A stretch of DNA of 64,000 nt from an uncultured Nitrospiraceae bacterium (GCA_963727805.1 CAVSHF010000005.1:672001-736000); one strand, 5' to 3'. Shown: positions 11,360 to 22,321, numbered from the stretch's first letter. Program-made: numbers and translations. Notes: generated by a model not told the origin, from the letters alone.

Positions 11360-11959
11360 TTATTTTTTTGGGGCTTCTTTGAGGGAATAGATAACATCGT
11401 CGACGATACCATACTGCTTGGCATCGTCACCCGACATGAAGTAATCCCGCTCAGTATCCGCCTTGATCCTATCGAGGCCCTTCCCGCTATGCTTAGCAAG
11501 GATTCCGTTCAGGGTCTCTTTCATCTTCAATATCTCTCTGGCATGAATCTCGACATCCGTCGCCTGTCCATAAAAGCCGCCTATTGGTTGATGTATCATG
11601 ATGCGCGAGTTCGGTAACGCGAACCTTTTACCCGTCGTGCCCGCGCAAAGCAGCAGGGCACCCATACTGGCGGCCTGTCCTATGCAATAGGTGCAGATGT
11701 TCGGCTTCACATACTGCATGGTGTCATAGATCGCTAAACCCGCCGAAACAGAACCTCCCGGAGAATTGATATAAATATGGATGTCTTTGTCAGGGTCCTC
11801 AGTCTGAAGGAACAGCAACTGCGCGATGACTACATTCGCCACGTTATCGTCGATGGCCATTCCAATAAAGATGATCCTGTCTTTGAGAAGCCGTGAATAT
11901 ATGTCATAGACCCGTTCAGTTCTGCCTGTCTGTTCGATTACAATGGGAACAATGCTCAT
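11360..11959 (-). CDS. clpP: Clp protease proteolytic subunit
   Basis: [24 protein letters not shown]. Confidence 0.98.
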   Translation of the reverse strand: MSIVPIVIEQTGRTERVYDIYSRLLKDRIIFIGMAIDDNVANVVIAQLLFLQTEDPDKDIHIYINSPGGSVSAGLAIYDTMQYVKPNICTYCIGQAASMGALLLCAGTTGKRFALPNSRIMIHQPIGGFYGQATDVEIHAREILKMKETLNGILAKHSGKGLDRIKADTERDYFMSGDDAKQYGIVDDVIYSLKEAPKK

Positions 11960-11962
11960 GTG

Positions 11963-13198
11963 TTACTCCTTTTCTATTTTTGCTTTGTCGAGGAGGGCCT
12001 TCATAGCCTTCTTCTCATAAATGGCATTTCTGACACCTTCCAAAGAACCATCCCTCGCAACATAATATTTTATGACATTCTCGGGGGAGATATAATACCT
12101 CCTCGCAAAATTAAGGACCTCTTCCTTGATCTCATCTTCCGAGACGGTGATGCCCTCCCTTTCTCCTATTATATCCAAAAGGATGGAAACCTTTGCACTC
12201 TTTTCAGCTCTGGGTCGGTATTCCCTGGCGAGTTCCTCGTCAGTTCCCGTCGCCTTCCCAGATGCCCTAATCTCGCCGAGCATCTTTTCGAGATCAGCAT
12301 CTATCATGGTCTCGGGGGCATCAAAGGTATGGGTCGCAAGCAGCTTTTCTATGATTGCGATCTGTTTCTTCCTATCTGCCTCGGCACTTTTTGAGGCCAA
12401 CAGGTCTTCCCTCACTCTCTCCCTGAGGCCCTGAAGGTTTTCAACGCCTATATCCTTTGCGAGTTCATCGTCAACAGCAGGTATGTTCCGCCTTTTTATA
12501 TCCTTTATTTTCATTGTAAATTTTGGCGTCTTCCCGGCGAACTGGGTTGTAGAATCCTCGGGGAATGAAATCTCTGTTGAAAACTCATCGCCCTTTTTCT
12601 TTCCTATGAGAGCATTAAAGAACTCCCTCGGATAAGGCCCACTGCCGACCTTTATAACGGCATCCTTCGTTTCCACGCCATCTTCAGTTGTGTAATCGAT
12701 GGTGACAAGATCTCCGGAGGCCACGACATCGTCAATAGCCTCAAATGTTCCCTTCTCCTCGGCGACGTTCTTGATAATGTCATCAATCTCACTGTCCGTT
12801 ATCTCTATGGGTACCTCTTTGACCGGGATATTCTCATATTCAAGGTTCTCTATTTTCGGCCTCACTTCGACGGTAAAGGTCATCGAGAGTGAACTATTCC
12901 TCTTGAAATCGATCGCGTCCTCCATTTCAGGCTGAGATACCGGCTTAATATCAGCCTCTTTTACCGCCAGCATATAATGGTCGGGAACGATCTTTTCAAG
13001 GACTTCTGACTCGACACTCTTGCCATATCTCTTCTCGATAATGGTCATCGGAGCCTTGCCTGACCTGAACCCGGGGATTTGAGCCTTTCTCTGGGCCGCT
13101 TGAAGCCCTTTCTGTATCTCCTCCTCTACCACATTGGCGGGGATTTCTATGGTAAGACGTTTCTTGGTCGCTGAGATTTCTTCACAAGATTTAAGCAA
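11963..13198 (-). CDS. tig: trigger factor
   Basis: IPGFRSGKAP ribosome-binding motif; tig-clpP-clpX order; TTG start after AAGGAGG. Confidence 0.95.
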   Translation of the reverse strand: MLKSCEEISATKKRLTIEIPANVVEEEIQKGLQAAQRKAQIPGFRSGKAPMTIIEKRYGKSVESEVLEKIVPDHYMLAVKEADIKPVSQPEMEDAIDFKRNSSLSMTFTVEVRPKIENLEYENIPVKEVPIEITDSEIDDIIKNVAEEKGTFEAIDDVVASGDLVTIDYTTEDGVETKDAVIKVGSGPYPREFFNALIGKKKGDEFSTEISFPEDSTTQFAGKTPKFTMKIKDIKRRNIPAVDDELAKDIGVENLQGLRERVREDLLASKSAEADRKKQIAIIEKLLATHTFDAPETMIDADLEKMLGEIRASGKATGTDEELAREYRPRAEKSAKVSILLDIIGEREGITVSEDEIKEEVLNFARRYYISPENVIKYYVARDGSLEGVRNAIYEKKAMKALLDKAKIEKE

Positions 13199-13243
13199 CG
13201 GACCCTCCTTATTATATGATTTGCGTTTGATTTTCAAATATTT

Positions 13244-13273
13244 AGTTTAAATGGTAAAGTGGCCCTTTGTCAA
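13244..13273 (-). promoter_or_regulatory. sigma70-type promoter for tig-clpPX
   Basis: TTGACA-18nt-TAAACT on minus strand upstream of tig. Confidence 0.6.
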
Positions 13274-13492
13274 TTTTCAACAGCTTATTTGGCGGTTTCA
13301 CCTACGAGTACTTATATCAGCCTCACGATGCCATCGCATAAAACCATTTCTTGACTAAAAAATAGCGACGGGTTCTGTTTTGCGATCCATCCTGCAAAGA
13401 CGATACAATGATTAGAACGCACCAAGCTCGCCTAATGATAAGTTGTACAGCACACAAGATATTTCTTGCATGTAAAAAAATCCAAGAAACAT

Positions 13493-13519
13493 AAAAAAGG
13501 GATTCCGATGGAATCCCTT
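13493..13519 (-). terminator. Rho-independent terminator of the ribosomal supercluster
   Basis: AGGGATTCC-ATC-GGAATCCCT followed by a T-run, downstream of rplQ. Confidence 0.85.
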
Positions 13520-13552
13520 CATATTTTCTGGGATTGTGATAGTTGTCTTCGC

Positions 13553-14047
13553 CTAGTCGGCCTTTTCAACAGGTCTTTTAGTCTTTTTTGTCTTCTCTGA
13601 TGAAGCTTTCTTTGTCTCTTTCCTCGGTTTTGCAGCCTTCTTTTCAGTTTTGGTAGCGCTTCCAGTTTCGGTGGGCTTCGTCTTGATATCTTCGTAATCG
13701 ATAAATTCTATGATTGCCATATCGGCGCGATCGTTGATGCGTTGGCGCGTCTGAACTATCCGCAGATAACCACCGTTACGGTCAGCAAAACGTGGAGCAA
13801 TCTCTGAAAAGAGCTTCGACATAACCGTCCGATTAGGGATGTACGACATAACCATCCTCTTTGCATGAAGATCTCCTCTCTTACCGAAGGTGACGAGCTT
13901 TTCAGCGATTCCCTTGATCGCCTTTGCCTTCGCCACTGTCGTCTCTATTCTCTGATGTTCAAAAAGAGAGGATACCAACCCTCTCAGGAGTGCCTTTCTC
14001 TGGTTGGCCGTTCTGCCGAAGAGCCTCCCTGCCACTTTATGACGCAT
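13553..14047 (-). CDS. rplQ: 50S ribosomal protein L17 with Lys-rich C-terminal tail
   Basis: MRHK..GR..R, IETT..KAK, RNGGYLRI. Confidence 0.97.
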   Translation of the reverse strand: MRHKVAGRLFGRTANQRKALLRGLVSSLFEHQRIETTVAKAKAIKGIAEKLVTFGKRGDLHAKRMVMSYIPNRTVMSKLFSEIAPRFADRNGGYLRIVQTRQRINDRADMAIIEFIDYEDIKTKPTETGSATKTEKKAAKPRKETKKASSEKTKKTKRPVEKAD

Positions 14048-15047
14048 TGTTGTCAATACCTCCTTTAGCGGCCGTTTCGAACCTCATTCCCAGGTGCAGT
14101 CCCATGGAACTCAGGATGTCTTTTATCTCGTTTAATGACCTTCGGCCGAAATTCTTAGTCCTCAACATCTCGTTTTCCGTCTTCTGAACGAGGTCGGCAA
14201 TAGTTTTGATGTTAGCGTTCTTGAGGCAGTTATATGCCCTGACGGAAAGTTCGAGTTCATCGATATTCTTGATGAGGTTTTCGTTCAGGAGCGCTCCCGA
14301 AACGGCCTTACGCGAAGCACCAGCCGGCTCCTCAGCACTGTCGTTCTCTTCAACAAAAATGAAGAGGTCAAGGTGTTCCATCAATATTGATGCTGCATCG
14401 CTGACCGCCTTCTCTGGGGTAATCCCGCCGTCGGTCCAGACCTCCATAATTAGCCTGTCATAATCCGTAGACCTACCGACTCTCGCCTTTTCGACCCAAA
14501 AATTCACCTTTTGAATAGGACTAAAGGCCGAATCAACCGCAATAACGTCAACAGGGAGACCCTCTTCCTTATTCTGTTCTGCCGGAACGTAGCCCTTTCC
14601 CTTTTGAATGTACATCTCCATTTCCATAGTAGTTCCGGAATCTACGGTGGCGAGGTAATAGTCCTTGTTCAATATCTCGACGCCCTGGTCCGTCAGGATA
14701 TCAGCTCCGGTAAGGACCTTGGGGCCCTTGGTGTTCACCGTAACAGTCCTCTTTCCGTCTCCGTGCATCTTTAGCCTAAGTTTCTTAATGTTGAGAATAA
14801 CATCGACAACATCTTCCTTCACGCCTTTGATTGCCGAAAACTCATGCAGAACACCGGCAATCTTGACGCCCGTAACCGCAGCCCCCTCGATTGACGAGAG
14901 TAGGACTCTGCGAAGCGAATTCCCTATGGTCATGCCAAATCCACGCTCTAACGGCTCTACAACAAGCTTCCCGTATGAATCTGTCCGTGTTTCAGCATCA
15001 AAATTGATCTTCTTGGGCAACTGAAAGCCCCTTTTCACAAGGTCCAT
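14037..15047 (-). CDS. rpoA: RNA polymerase alpha subunit
   Basis: EPLERGFG.T.GNSLRR, LELSVRAYNCL. Confidence 0.98.
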   Translation of the reverse strand: MDLVKRGFQLPKKINFDAETRTDSYGKLVVEPLERGFGMTIGNSLRRVLLSSIEGAAVTGVKIAGVLHEFSAIKGVKEDVVDVILNIKKLRLKMHGDGKRTVTVNTKGPKVLTGADILTDQGVEILNKDYYLATVDSGTTMEMEMYIQKGKGYVPAEQNKEEGLPVDVIAVDSAFSPIQKVNFWVEKARVGRSTDYDRLIMEVWTDGGITPEKAVSDAASILMEHLDLFIFVEENDSAEEPAGASRKAVSGALLNENLIKNIDELELSVRAYNCLKNANIKTIADLVQKTENEMLRTKNFGRRSLNEIKDILSSMGLHLGMRFETAAKGGIDNNAS

Positions 15048-15141
15048 CGTAAGGCCTCCCTAATGCCTTTGGTTCTATTTTAATTTATACTTTATATCGT
15101 CAAGTGCGGGGCCTGTACGCCCGGCATTATCTGTTCAATAA

Positions 15142-15768
15142 CTATTTCGAGTAAAGCTCGACGATGAGCTGCTCTTGGACGGGCAATTGGATCTCATCGC
15201 GCGTAGGTATCCTGATAAAGGTCCCCTTCATGCCCTGAGCGTCAAACTGAATCCAATCAGGGATGCCCCTGTGCTCCGCCACTGAAAGACTTTCAACGAT
15301 CGTCGGGTTCTCCTTACTTGACTCTTTAATCGCGACCACATCACCCGGCTTAAGAAGGTGTGATGGAATATCTGCACTCCGTCCGTTGACGAGAAAGTGT
15401 CCATGCTTGACGAGCTGGCGTGCCTCTCTCCGGTTCGCAGCAAAACCCATCCTGAATACCGCTGCATCAAGCCTTCTTTCCAAAAGCTGCAGCAACAGCT
15501 CACCGGTGACACCCTTCATACTCGATGCCTTTTCGAAATAGAGCCTGAACTGGCGCTCCATGATGCCGTAGATCCTTCTAACCTTTTGCTTTTCCCTGAG
15601 CTGCAATCCGTAGTCGGATAGCTTGCCCCGGCTTTGTCCATGCTGGCCGGGCGCGTACTTCCTTCTCTCGATGCCACATTTTTCGGTATAGCACCGTGTG
15701 CCCTTGAGAAAAAGTTTTTCTCCCTCTCTCCTGCACAATCTACATAAAGGACCTGTATAACGCGCCAT
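15142..15768 (-). CDS. rpsD: 30S ribosomal protein S4
   Basis: [29 protein letters not shown]. Confidence 0.98.
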   Translation of the reverse strand: MARYTGPLCRLCRREGEKLFLKGTRCYTEKCGIERRKYAPGQHGQSRGKLSDYGLQLREKQKVRRIYGIMERQFRLYFEKASSMKGVTGELLLQLLERRLDAAVFRMGFAANRREARQLVKHGHFLVNGRSADIPSHLLKPGDVVAIKESSKENPTIVESLSVAEHRGIPDWIQFDAQGMKGTFIRIPTRDEIQLPVQEQLIVELYSK

Positions 15769-16154
15769 TACACCCTCCTCCTTTTTGGCGGTCTGCAGCC
15801 ATTGTGAGGGACTGGTGTCACGTCCTTAATCAGTGTAATATCCAGACCGGCTGCCTGGAGTGCACGGATAGCCGTCTCTCTTCCGGCGCCAGGCCCTTTC
15901 ACGAATACATCAACATGTTTCAGGCCCATTTCCATGGCCTTCTTGGCCGCCGATTCGGACGCCATCTGTGCTGCAAAAGGAGTACCCTTCCTTGACCCCT
16001 TGAACCCGAGGCTCCCGGCGCTTGACCACGCAATTACATTTCCGTTCGGATCAGTAATTGTGACAATTGTATTGTTAAATGTGGTCTGTATGTGCGCGGC
16101 GCCGCTGGGGATATTTTTCTTGACTTTTTTTCCGCTGCGTTTTTTCTGAGCCAT
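15768..16154 (-). CDS. rpsK: 30S ribosomal protein S11
   Basis: [20 protein letters not shown]. Confidence 0.98.
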   Translation of the reverse strand: MAQKKRSGKKVKKNIPSGAAHIQTTFNNTIVTITDPNGNVIAWSSAGSLGFKGSRKGTPFAAQMASESAAKKAMEMGLKHVDVFVKGPGAGRETAIRALQAAGLDITLIKDVTPVPHNGCRPPKRRRV

Positions 16155-16171
16155 TAAAGTGCACTCCTCCT

Positions 16172-16537
16172 TTACTTTTTCTTCACGATGAGCTTCCGGG
16201 GTCCCTTGCGAGTCCGGGCATTCGTACGGGTCCTCTGTCCTCGAGCAGGCAGATGGGCTTTGTGCCTCAATCCACGATACGATCCGATATCGATCAGCCT
16301 CTTGATATTCATGGCTATCTCGCGTCTCAAGTCACCCTCAACCTTCTCGTCCTTCTCGATGACATTTCTTATCTTGACAATATCATCATCGGTGAGGTTT
16401 TTGACTCTTGTGTCGGGATTCACGCCCGTCTCTTTAAGAATCTTCGTTGACAGGGGTCTGCCAATGCCAAATATGCGCGTAAGTCCTATCTCGACGCGCT
16501 CGTTCTTGGGAAGATCAACCCCGGCTATTCTCGCCAT
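16172..16537 (-). CDS. rpsM: 30S ribosomal protein S13
   Basis: [30 protein letters not shown]. Confidence 0.98.
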   Translation of the reverse strand: MARIAGVDLPKNERVEIGLTRIFGIGRPLSTKILKETGVNPDTRVKNLTDDDIVKIRNVIEKDEKVEGDLRREIAMNIKRLIDIGSYRGLRHKAHLPARGQRTRTNARTRKGPRKLIVKKK

Positions 16538-16612
16538 AAAAAACTCCTTTATCCTTATGATATTGAATACTATAAAAGCTCTGTCATACAAACTCGACAC
16601 ATACGAGCACGT

Positions 16613-16726
16613 TTATCCCTGTCGCTGTTTGTGCCTCGGGTTCTCGCAAAGCACCCTCAAAACGCCTTTTCTCTTAACAATCTTACATTTCGAACAGATT
16701 GTTTTCACAGAAGGCCTCACCTTCAT
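16613..16726 (-). CDS. rpmJ: 50S ribosomal protein L36 (Zn-ribbon type)
   Basis: Not in the ORF track; hand translation [47 protein letters not shown]. Confidence 0.97.
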   Translation of the reverse strand: MKVRPSVKTICSKCKIVKRKGVLRVLCENPRHKQRQG

Positions 16727-16790
16727 CGTCCATCCTCCTCATCGGAAAAAGCGAAAAGCAGGCAAAGCGGCCGCCTTAAGCCTCCCTTAT

Positions 16791-17009
16791 TTACTTGAAC
16801 CGATACGTAATTCGTCCTTTCGTCAGATCATAGGGTGACAATTCCACCGTCACTTTGTCCCCCGGCAGTATTTTGATGAAATGCATTCTCATTTTTCCCG
16901 AGACGTAGGCAAGTATTACCTGTCCGTTTTCAAGCTCCACCTTGAACATCGCATTCGGCAAAGGTTCAAGGATTGTTCCCTGTACTTCAATATTTTCTTC
17001 TTTCGCCAT
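16791..17009 (-). CDS. infA: translation initiation factor IF-1
   Basis: [26 protein letters not shown]. Confidence 0.98.
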   Translation of the reverse strand: MAKEENIEVQGTILEPLPNAMFKVELENGQVILAYVSGKMRMHFIKILPGDKVTVELSPYDLTKGRITYRFK

Positions 17010-17037
17010 AGTCGTAATCAAACAGTATACCTTTTTA

Positions 17038-17787
17038 TCAATATTTAGTCAATATTTTGGGTGCATGCTTCGTCACGGCAATGGTATGTTCAAAATGGGC
17101 CGACAACGAGCCGTCCGATGTCAACGCAGTCCAGCCGTCCTCCAGAATACGGACCTCATGTCCTCCCGCATTTACCATAGGCTCAATAGCAAGGGTCATG
17201 CCTTCTTTGAGTCGGAGCCCCTGTCCCCGCCTCCCGAAATTGGGAACCTGAGGATCCTCGTGTAGAGAACGCCCGATTCCGTGTCCGACAAAAGCTCTTA
17301 CGACAGAAAAGCCATTCGCTTCGACATGCTCCTGTATGGCCGCCGATATGTCCCCTATCCTGTTCCCCGCAACAGCCTCTGCGATGCCCAGGGAAAGTGC
17401 CTTCTCAGTAACTTCCATCAATCGGGCAGCCTCCGGTTGGATGTCACCAACGGCGATAGTCATAGCTGCATCACCATAAAAACCGTCCAAAATTACTCCA
17501 AGATCGACGCCGACGATGTCGCCGTTTTTTAGGCTCATCGACTGAGAAGGGATACCATGGATCACCTGATCGTTAACCGATACGCAAACACTTGAAGGGT
17601 AGCCCCGATATCCCCGGAAGGCGGCAATGGCCCCTCTTTTGCGTATCGCCTCATCGACAAACGACTCAATATCTGCTGTCGTCATTCCCACAGCCATATG
17701 AGCTTTCAACCCAGCGAGGATTTCTGCCACAATCCGGCAGGCCTCACCGATTTTCCGTATTTCAGCCTGTGATTTTACGATTACCAC
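17038..17787 (-). CDS. map: methionine aminopeptidase type I
   Basis: HGIP, GHGIG..LHEDP, IEPM, SAHFEHT. Confidence 0.97.
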   Translation of the reverse strand: MVIVKSQAEIRKIGEACRIVAEILAGLKAHMAVGMTTADIESFVDEAIRKRGAIAAFRGYRGYPSSVCVSVNDQVIHGIPSQSMSLKNGDIVGVDLGVILDGFYGDAAMTIAVGDIQPEAARLMEVTEKALSLGIAEAVAGNRIGDISAAIQEHVEANGFSVVRAFVGHGIGRSLHEDPQVPNFGRRGQGLRLKEGMTLAIEPMVNAGGHEVRILEDGWTALTSDGSLSAHFEHTIAVTKHAPKILTKY

Positions 17788-17802
17788 GCTGCCGGGATCA
17801 AA

Positions 17803-19110
17803 CTATCCCTTTCTCCCCTTAATTCTTCCCTTTTTAAGAAAACCCTCGTAGGACCTGGTAACGAGGTGTGATTCTATCTGAGAGACGGTATCGAGTGCCA
17901 CACCGACAGCAATTAGCAGGGAGGTGCCGCCGAAATAAAAAGGCACATTAAACCGGGTGATGAGCAACTCCGGCAAAATACAAACTGTAGAGAGATAAAC
18001 AGCGCCGACGAAGGTGAGCCTTGTCAGAACGCGATAGATATACTCCGAGGTTTTCTGTCCGGGTCGAATACCAGGGATGAAACCTCCATGCTTCTGAAGG
18101 TTTTCAGCAATATCGACGGGATTAAAGATTACGGCAGTATAGAAATATGCGAAAAAGAATATTAGGCCTACGTAAAGCATCGAATGAAAAATCGTACCGA
18201 AGGAAAGCTGTTTTGCTACAGCCTGCACCCATGGGATTCCGATAAACCCTGCAATCGTCGCCGGAAACATAATAATCGAAGAGGCAAAAATCGGCGGGAT
18301 CACGCCGGCAGTATTGATCTTTAACGGAAGATGGGTACTCTGACCTCCGAACATCCTCTTTCCGATAATCCTTTTTGCATATTGCACCGGAATCTTCCGC
18401 TGGCCCCGCTCGATGAAGATGATTCCACCGACAACACCGATCATCATCGCCGCAAGGAAAATGACAAAAAAGATTGAAAGTTCCCCGGCCCTGACAAGCT
18501 GGAATGTCTGAACAATAGCATTTGGAAATCGCGCTACTATTCCGGCAAAGATGATGAGTGAAATACCGTTGCCTATGCCCCTCTCAGTAATCTGCTCGCC
18601 GAGCCACATAAGAAAGGCCGTTCCCGAGGTTAAGGTGATCATCGTAAGAATCCTGAATGCCCAGCCCGGATTCTGAATGAACTGTCCACCCCCCATGCTT
18701 TCGAGCCCAATCGCGATTCCGATGGATTGAATTGCTGCAATAACCACTGTCGCATATCGCGTATATTTGACAATCTTCTTGCGTCCCGCATCTCCTTCCT
18801 TGGCCAGCTTTCCCAAGGCAGGAATGACGACCGTCAGGAGTTGGAAGATAATAGATGCACTGATGTAGGGCATAATACCTAGCGCAAGGACCGTCATCTG
18901 CGAAAGAGCGCCTCCGGAGAACATATCGAAGAAGCCCATCATCGCCCCGCCCTTTGCCGTTAGGAATTTGCTCAACTCGGCGCCGTTAATGCCGGGGGTA
19001 GGGATGTGAGCACCGATTCTGTAAACCGCGAGAAGTCCCAGAGTAAAAAGGACCCTGTTCTTCAACTCCGGAATCTTAAATATATTGCGGATACTGTTGA
19101 CGACGCCCAA
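17803..19110 (-). CDS. secY: preprotein translocase SecY
   Basis: LGIMPYISASII, GIGNGISL, GFIPGIRPG, GGTSLLI; probable TTG start just after rplO. Confidence 0.97.
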   Translation of the reverse strand: MGVVNSIRNIFKIPELKNRVLFTLGLLAVYRIGAHIPTPGINGAELSKFLTAKGGAMMGFFDMFSGGALSQMTVLALGIMPYISASIIFQLLTVVIPALGKLAKEGDAGRKKIVKYTRYATVVIAAIQSIGIAIGLESMGGGQFIQNPGWAFRILTMITLTSGTAFLMWLGEQITERGIGNGISLIIFAGIVARFPNAIVQTFQLVRAGELSIFFVIFLAAMMIGVVGGIIFIERGQRKIPVQYAKRIIGKRMFGGQSTHLPLKINTAGVIPPIFASSIIMFPATIAGFIGIPWVQAVAKQLSFGTIFHSMLYVGLIFFFAYFYTAVIFNPVDIAENLQKHGGFIPGIRPGQKTSEYIYRVLTRLTFVGAVYLSTVCILPELLITRFNVPFYFGGTSLLIAVGVALDTVSQIESHLVTRSYEGFLKKGRIKGRKG

Positions 19111-19111
19111 G

Positions 19112-19552
19112 TTATAATACCTCTGCCTTGCCGCCAGCAGCGTTGATCTTTTCGATGGCGGCTGCACTGAACGCGTGAGCCTGGATTGTTATCGGCCTGC
19201 TAAGCGTACCCCCGCCGAGAATTTTAATTCCTGATTTGGGATCCTTGACCATCCGCGTTTTGATGAGAATTTCCGGAGTTATGATATCGTCGTTCACCCG
19301 GTCGAAGTCGCTGAGATTTAGAATTGCATAATCTTTCTTAAACGGATAATTCTTAAAGCCCCTCTTGGGAAGTCTCCTTTGGAGCGGCGTCTGGCCGCCT
19401 TCGAAAGATGGACCCTTGGTACCGCCCGATCTGGCCTTCTGTCCCTTATGTCCTTTGGTGGCGGTCTTGCCGTGCCCGGACCCCATGCCGCGGCCTATCC
19501 GCTTGGGCTTCTTAGTGCTCCCTGCCGCCGGGGTAAGATCCTGTATCTTCAT
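19112..19552 (-). CDS. rplO: 50S ribosomal protein L15
   Basis: GRG.GSG.GKT, FEGGQTPL.RRLPKRGF. Confidence 0.98.
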   Translation of the reverse strand: MKIQDLTPAAGSTKKPKRIGRGMGSGHGKTATKGHKGQKARSGGTKGPSFEGGQTPLQRRLPKRGFKNYPFKKDYAILNLSDFDRVNDDIITPEILIKTRMVKDPKSGIKILGGGTLSRPITIQAHAFSAAAIEKINAAGGKAEVL

Positions 19553-19623
19553 AAGTACCTTATTCCTCCTGATTCAATTGCTCATTACAATATTTGTTAA
19601 CAGCTCGGACCGCTACCGTCGAA

Positions 19624-20148
19624 CTATTGATTTGCTTCTTCTAATGCTGGCTCTTCCTCAGCCTTCCCCCTCATCTTCAGGACTACGTCAGGGTCTTTGA
19701 GATTAGAAAGTCCATCGAGGGTCGCCTTTACGCTATTGAATGGGTTATGTCCTCCAAGGGATTTTGCAACAACATCCTGCACACCAGCCACTTCGAATAC
19801 CGCGCGCACTGCCCCGCCGGCTATAAGACCGGTACCCTTTGGTGCGGGGTTCATCACCACAGAGTTAGAACCGTACCTGCCGATGATTCGATGAGTAAGC
19901 GTACCCTCTTTCAAGGGAAACCGGATCAGCCTTTTCTTCGCCTGTTCTACGGCCTTTCTTATCGCCTCGGGGACTTCGGCAGCCTTGCCTTTGCCGATGC
20001 CAACGATGCCACCTTCATTGCCGACGACCACAAGGGCGCTGAATGAAAACCGCCTGCCTCCTTTGACAACCTTTGCAACCCTGTTTATGTAAACAACCTT
20101 GTCTTTTAGTGTAAGTCCCTCGGGGTCTATCCTTTCCGTCTTCACCAT
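19624..20148 (-). CDS. rpsE: 30S ribosomal protein S5
   Basis: [24 protein letters not shown]. Confidence 0.98.
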   Translation of the reverse strand: MVKTERIDPEGLTLKDKVVYINRVAKVVKGGRRFSFSALVVVGNEGGIVGIGKGKAAEVPEAIRKAVEQAKKRLIRFPLKEGTLTHRIIGRYGSNSVVMNPAPKGTGLIAGGAVRAVFEVAGVQDVVAKSLGGHNPFNSVKATLDGLSNLKDPDVVLKMRGKAEEEPALEEANQ

Positions 20149-20163
20149 ACCTCCTAAACAATA

Positions 20164-20254
20164 AATTCAAGTATTAAATCTCAAAATTCAAAACTATCGG
20201 TTATATTCCGCATTTTTGACTTTCGAGTTTTGAATTTTGAGTTTTAAAACTCAA
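20164..20254. repeat. AT-rich inverted repeat built of degenerate heptamers
   Basis: Perfect 16-bp arms CTCAAAATTCAAAACT (20180-20195) / AGTTTTGAATTTTGAG (20226-20241); overlapping 18-bp palindrome TTGAGTTTTAAAACTCAA (20237-20254). Confidence 0.85.
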
Positions 20255-20603
20255 GTCCAGCTTCTCGTGATCCTTCGGCCAAAGCCTTGATAGAACCATG
20301 GTATCGGTACCCGCTCCTATCAAACACAACCTTCTTGATGCCGGCTGCCACGGCTTTTGCCGCAATCATTTGCCCTACTTTCTTCGCAGCCTCGATATTT
20401 CCTTTATGGCCTTCTGTTGCCTTTATCTCTTTATCAAGAGTCGAAGTGGCAACCAAGGTTACCCCTTTTGTGTCGTCAATGATCTGGGCATATACATTGT
20501 TCAGGCTCCTATATACGCTAAGTCTTGGCCTATCCGCTGTCCCCGAAACCTGTTTTCTTATTCTTTCGTGTCTTCTCTCTTTACCGATTTTCTTCGCAAT
20601 CAC
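20244..20603 (-). CDS. rplR: 50S ribosomal protein L18
   Basis: [27 protein letters not shown]. Confidence 0.98.
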   Translation of the reverse strand: MIAKKIGKERRHERIRKQVSGTADRPRLSVYRSLNNVYAQIIDDTKGVTLVATSTLDKEIKATEGHKGNIEAAKKVGQMIAAKAVAAGIKKVVFDRSGYRYHGSIKALAEGSREAGLEF

Positions 20604-20618
20604 CCGCGCACCTCCTCA

Positions 20619-21161
20619 TTACTTCTTGCCTGTCTTGCCAGCTTTCAGCTTGATCCTTTCGCCGACGAACCGGACACCTTTGCCTTTGTAAACATCAGGC
20701 GCCCTGAGCTTCCTGATATTCGCGGCCACCTGGCCAAGAAGCTGCTTTTCGATACCGCTCAGTGTAATCGACGTCATCTTGTCGTCCGTCACCGCCACAA
20801 TGCCCGTAGGAAGTTCGAACTCGATGGGATGAGAGTAGCCGAGGGTAAAGGTTATTTTATTGCCCTTCGCCTGGGCCCTGTAACCGACACCCTTTATTTC
20901 AAGCTGCCTTTTGTAACCCTGCGAAACGCCGCTTACCATGTTAGCAACGAGGCTCCTCACGAGACCGTGGAGTGCTCGGTCTTTCTGCAGATCGGTGTTC
21001 CTCTCGACAATTACCTTGCCGCTGTCGATGGATGCCTTAATTCCCTCCGGGAAAGAATAACTCAGTTCACCCAAAGGGCCTTTTACCTTGACAATGCTCT
21101 CCTTGATGTCGACGTTTACCGCCTGCGGTATATCTATCGGTTTTCTGCCAATCCTTGACAT
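20619..21161 (-). CDS. rplF: 50S ribosomal protein L6
   Basis: MSRIGRKPI, GVGYRA, YKGKGVR. Confidence 0.98.
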   Translation of the reverse strand: MSRIGRKPIDIPQAVNVDIKESIVKVKGPLGELSYSFPEGIKASIDSGKVIVERNTDLQKDRALHGLVRSLVANMVSGVSQGYKRQLEIKGVGYRAQAKGNKITFTLGYSHPIEFELPTGIVAVTDDKMTSITLSGIEKQLLGQVAANIRKLRAPDVYKGKGVRFVGERIKLKAGKTGKK

Positions 21162-21171
21162 CTCAGTCTCC

Positions 21172-21567
21172 TTACCAAATATAGCATAGAACTTCGCCGC
21201 CCACACCTTCGCGGCGACATGTCTTATCGGTCACAATACCCTTGGGTGTGGTCACGATGGCAATTCCCATCCCTCCCACAACACTGGGCACTTCATCTTT
21301 TCCAACATACACCCTTCTGCCTGGCTTGCTGATTCTTTTAAGGCCTTCAACTATGGGGCGGTTATCCTGGGTGTACTTGAGCGTCACCCTCAAAATGCCC
21401 TGTTTTTTGTCCTTTATTATCTTGTAGGATTTAATAAATCCCTCTTCCTTCATTATCTTAGCTATCTCGACCTTCAATCGGGACGCGGGAATATCCACCT
21501 TTTCCGCCTTGATCAGAACCGAATTTCTTATACGAGTCAACATGTCTGCTATGGGATCCGTCATCAT
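21172..21567 (-). CDS. rpsH: 30S ribosomal protein S8
   Basis: [29 protein letters not shown]. Confidence 0.98.
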   Translation of the reverse strand: MMTDPIADMLTRIRNSVLIKAEKVDIPASRLKVEIAKIMKEEGFIKSYKIIKDKKQGILRVTLKYTQDNRPIVEGLKRISKPGRRVYVGKDEVPSVVGGMGIAIVTTPKGIVTDKTCRREGVGGEVLCYIW

Positions 21568-21580
21568 TATTCAAATACCT

Positions 21581-21766
21581 CTACCAGCTTGATTTTGTTA
21601 CGCCCGGAATCTGACCTTTTAGGGAAAGGAGCCGGAAGCATATCCTGCACATTCCGAATTTCCTGATGTACGCTCTAGGCCTACCGCACACCTTGCACCT
21701 ATTGTGGGCTCTGACGGCAAATTTCGGCGGCCTCTTAGATTTTTCTATCATGCATGTCTTTGCCAC
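21581..21766 (-). CDS. rpsZ: 30S ribosomal protein S14, Zn-binding type
   Basis: 61 aa, RCKVCGR..CRIC, GVTKSSW. Confidence 0.97.
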   Translation of the reverse strand: MAKTCMIEKSKRPPKFAVRAHNRCKVCGRPRAYIRKFGMCRICFRLLSLKGQIPGVTKSSW

Positions 21767-21776
21767 AAAATCCTCC

Positions 21777-22319
21777 TTATCGCCTGAAGGGCATGCCGAA
21801 TTCTTTCAACAGCGCCCTGCTCTCTTCATCCGTTTTCGCCGAAGTGCAGATGTTTATATCCAGACCATGCACCATTTCGACTTTATCATAGTCTATTTCC
21901 GGGAATATGTATTGCTCCTTCAACCCAAAGGAGTAATTGCCTCTTCCATCGAATGATTTCGTCGAAAGGCCTCGGAAATCGCGAATCCTCGGCAAGGCCA
22001 CGCTAATAAGCCTATCAAGAAATTCAAACATCCTGTCGCCCCGCAAGGTAACTTTGCAGCCAAGGGGCACATTTTCCTTGAGCTTGAATCCTGCGATAGC
22101 CTTCTTCGACTTAGTAACAAGAGCTTTCTGACCGGTAATAGCTGCGATCTCCTTTACGGCTGCATCGAGAAGTTTGATGTTTTGAGTCGCTTCACCCATA
22201 GTTACATGAACGATGATCTTTTCAAGCTTGGGCACCTGCATGACGTTCTTGTATGCAAAAGCTTTCGTCAGCGAAGATATGATGTCATTATGATACTTCT
22301 GTCTGAGTCGCGCTGCCAT
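21777..22319 (-). CDS. rplE: 50S ribosomal protein L5
   Basis: [25 protein letters not shown]. Confidence 0.98.
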   Translation of the reverse strand: MAARLRQKYHNDIISSLTKAFAYKNVMQVPKLEKIIVHVTMGEATQNIKLLDAAVKEIAAITGQKALVTKSKKAIAGFKLKENVPLGCKVTLRGDRMFEFLDRLISVALPRIRDFRGLSTKSFDGRGNYSFGLKEQYIFPEIDYDKVEMVHGLDINICTSAKTDEESRALLKEFGMPFRR

Positions 22320-22321
22320 GC

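Noticed and set aside
11290..11499. N-terminal extensions in the ORF track for clpX (also murA, tig, secY, rplF, cimA, hom, usp)
   Set aside because: They overlap upstream genes or promoters; downstream starts match the family N-termini.
13275..13490. Possible tRNA upstream of tig (a common location)
   Set aside because: No cloverleaf, T-loop GTTCRA or CCA pattern found on either strand.
20164..20254. CRISPR or terminator reading of the rplR-rpsE repeat
   Set aside because: No repeat-spacer periodicity; the stem is AT-rich and lies mid-operon, unlike the GC-stem terminators elsewhere in the window.
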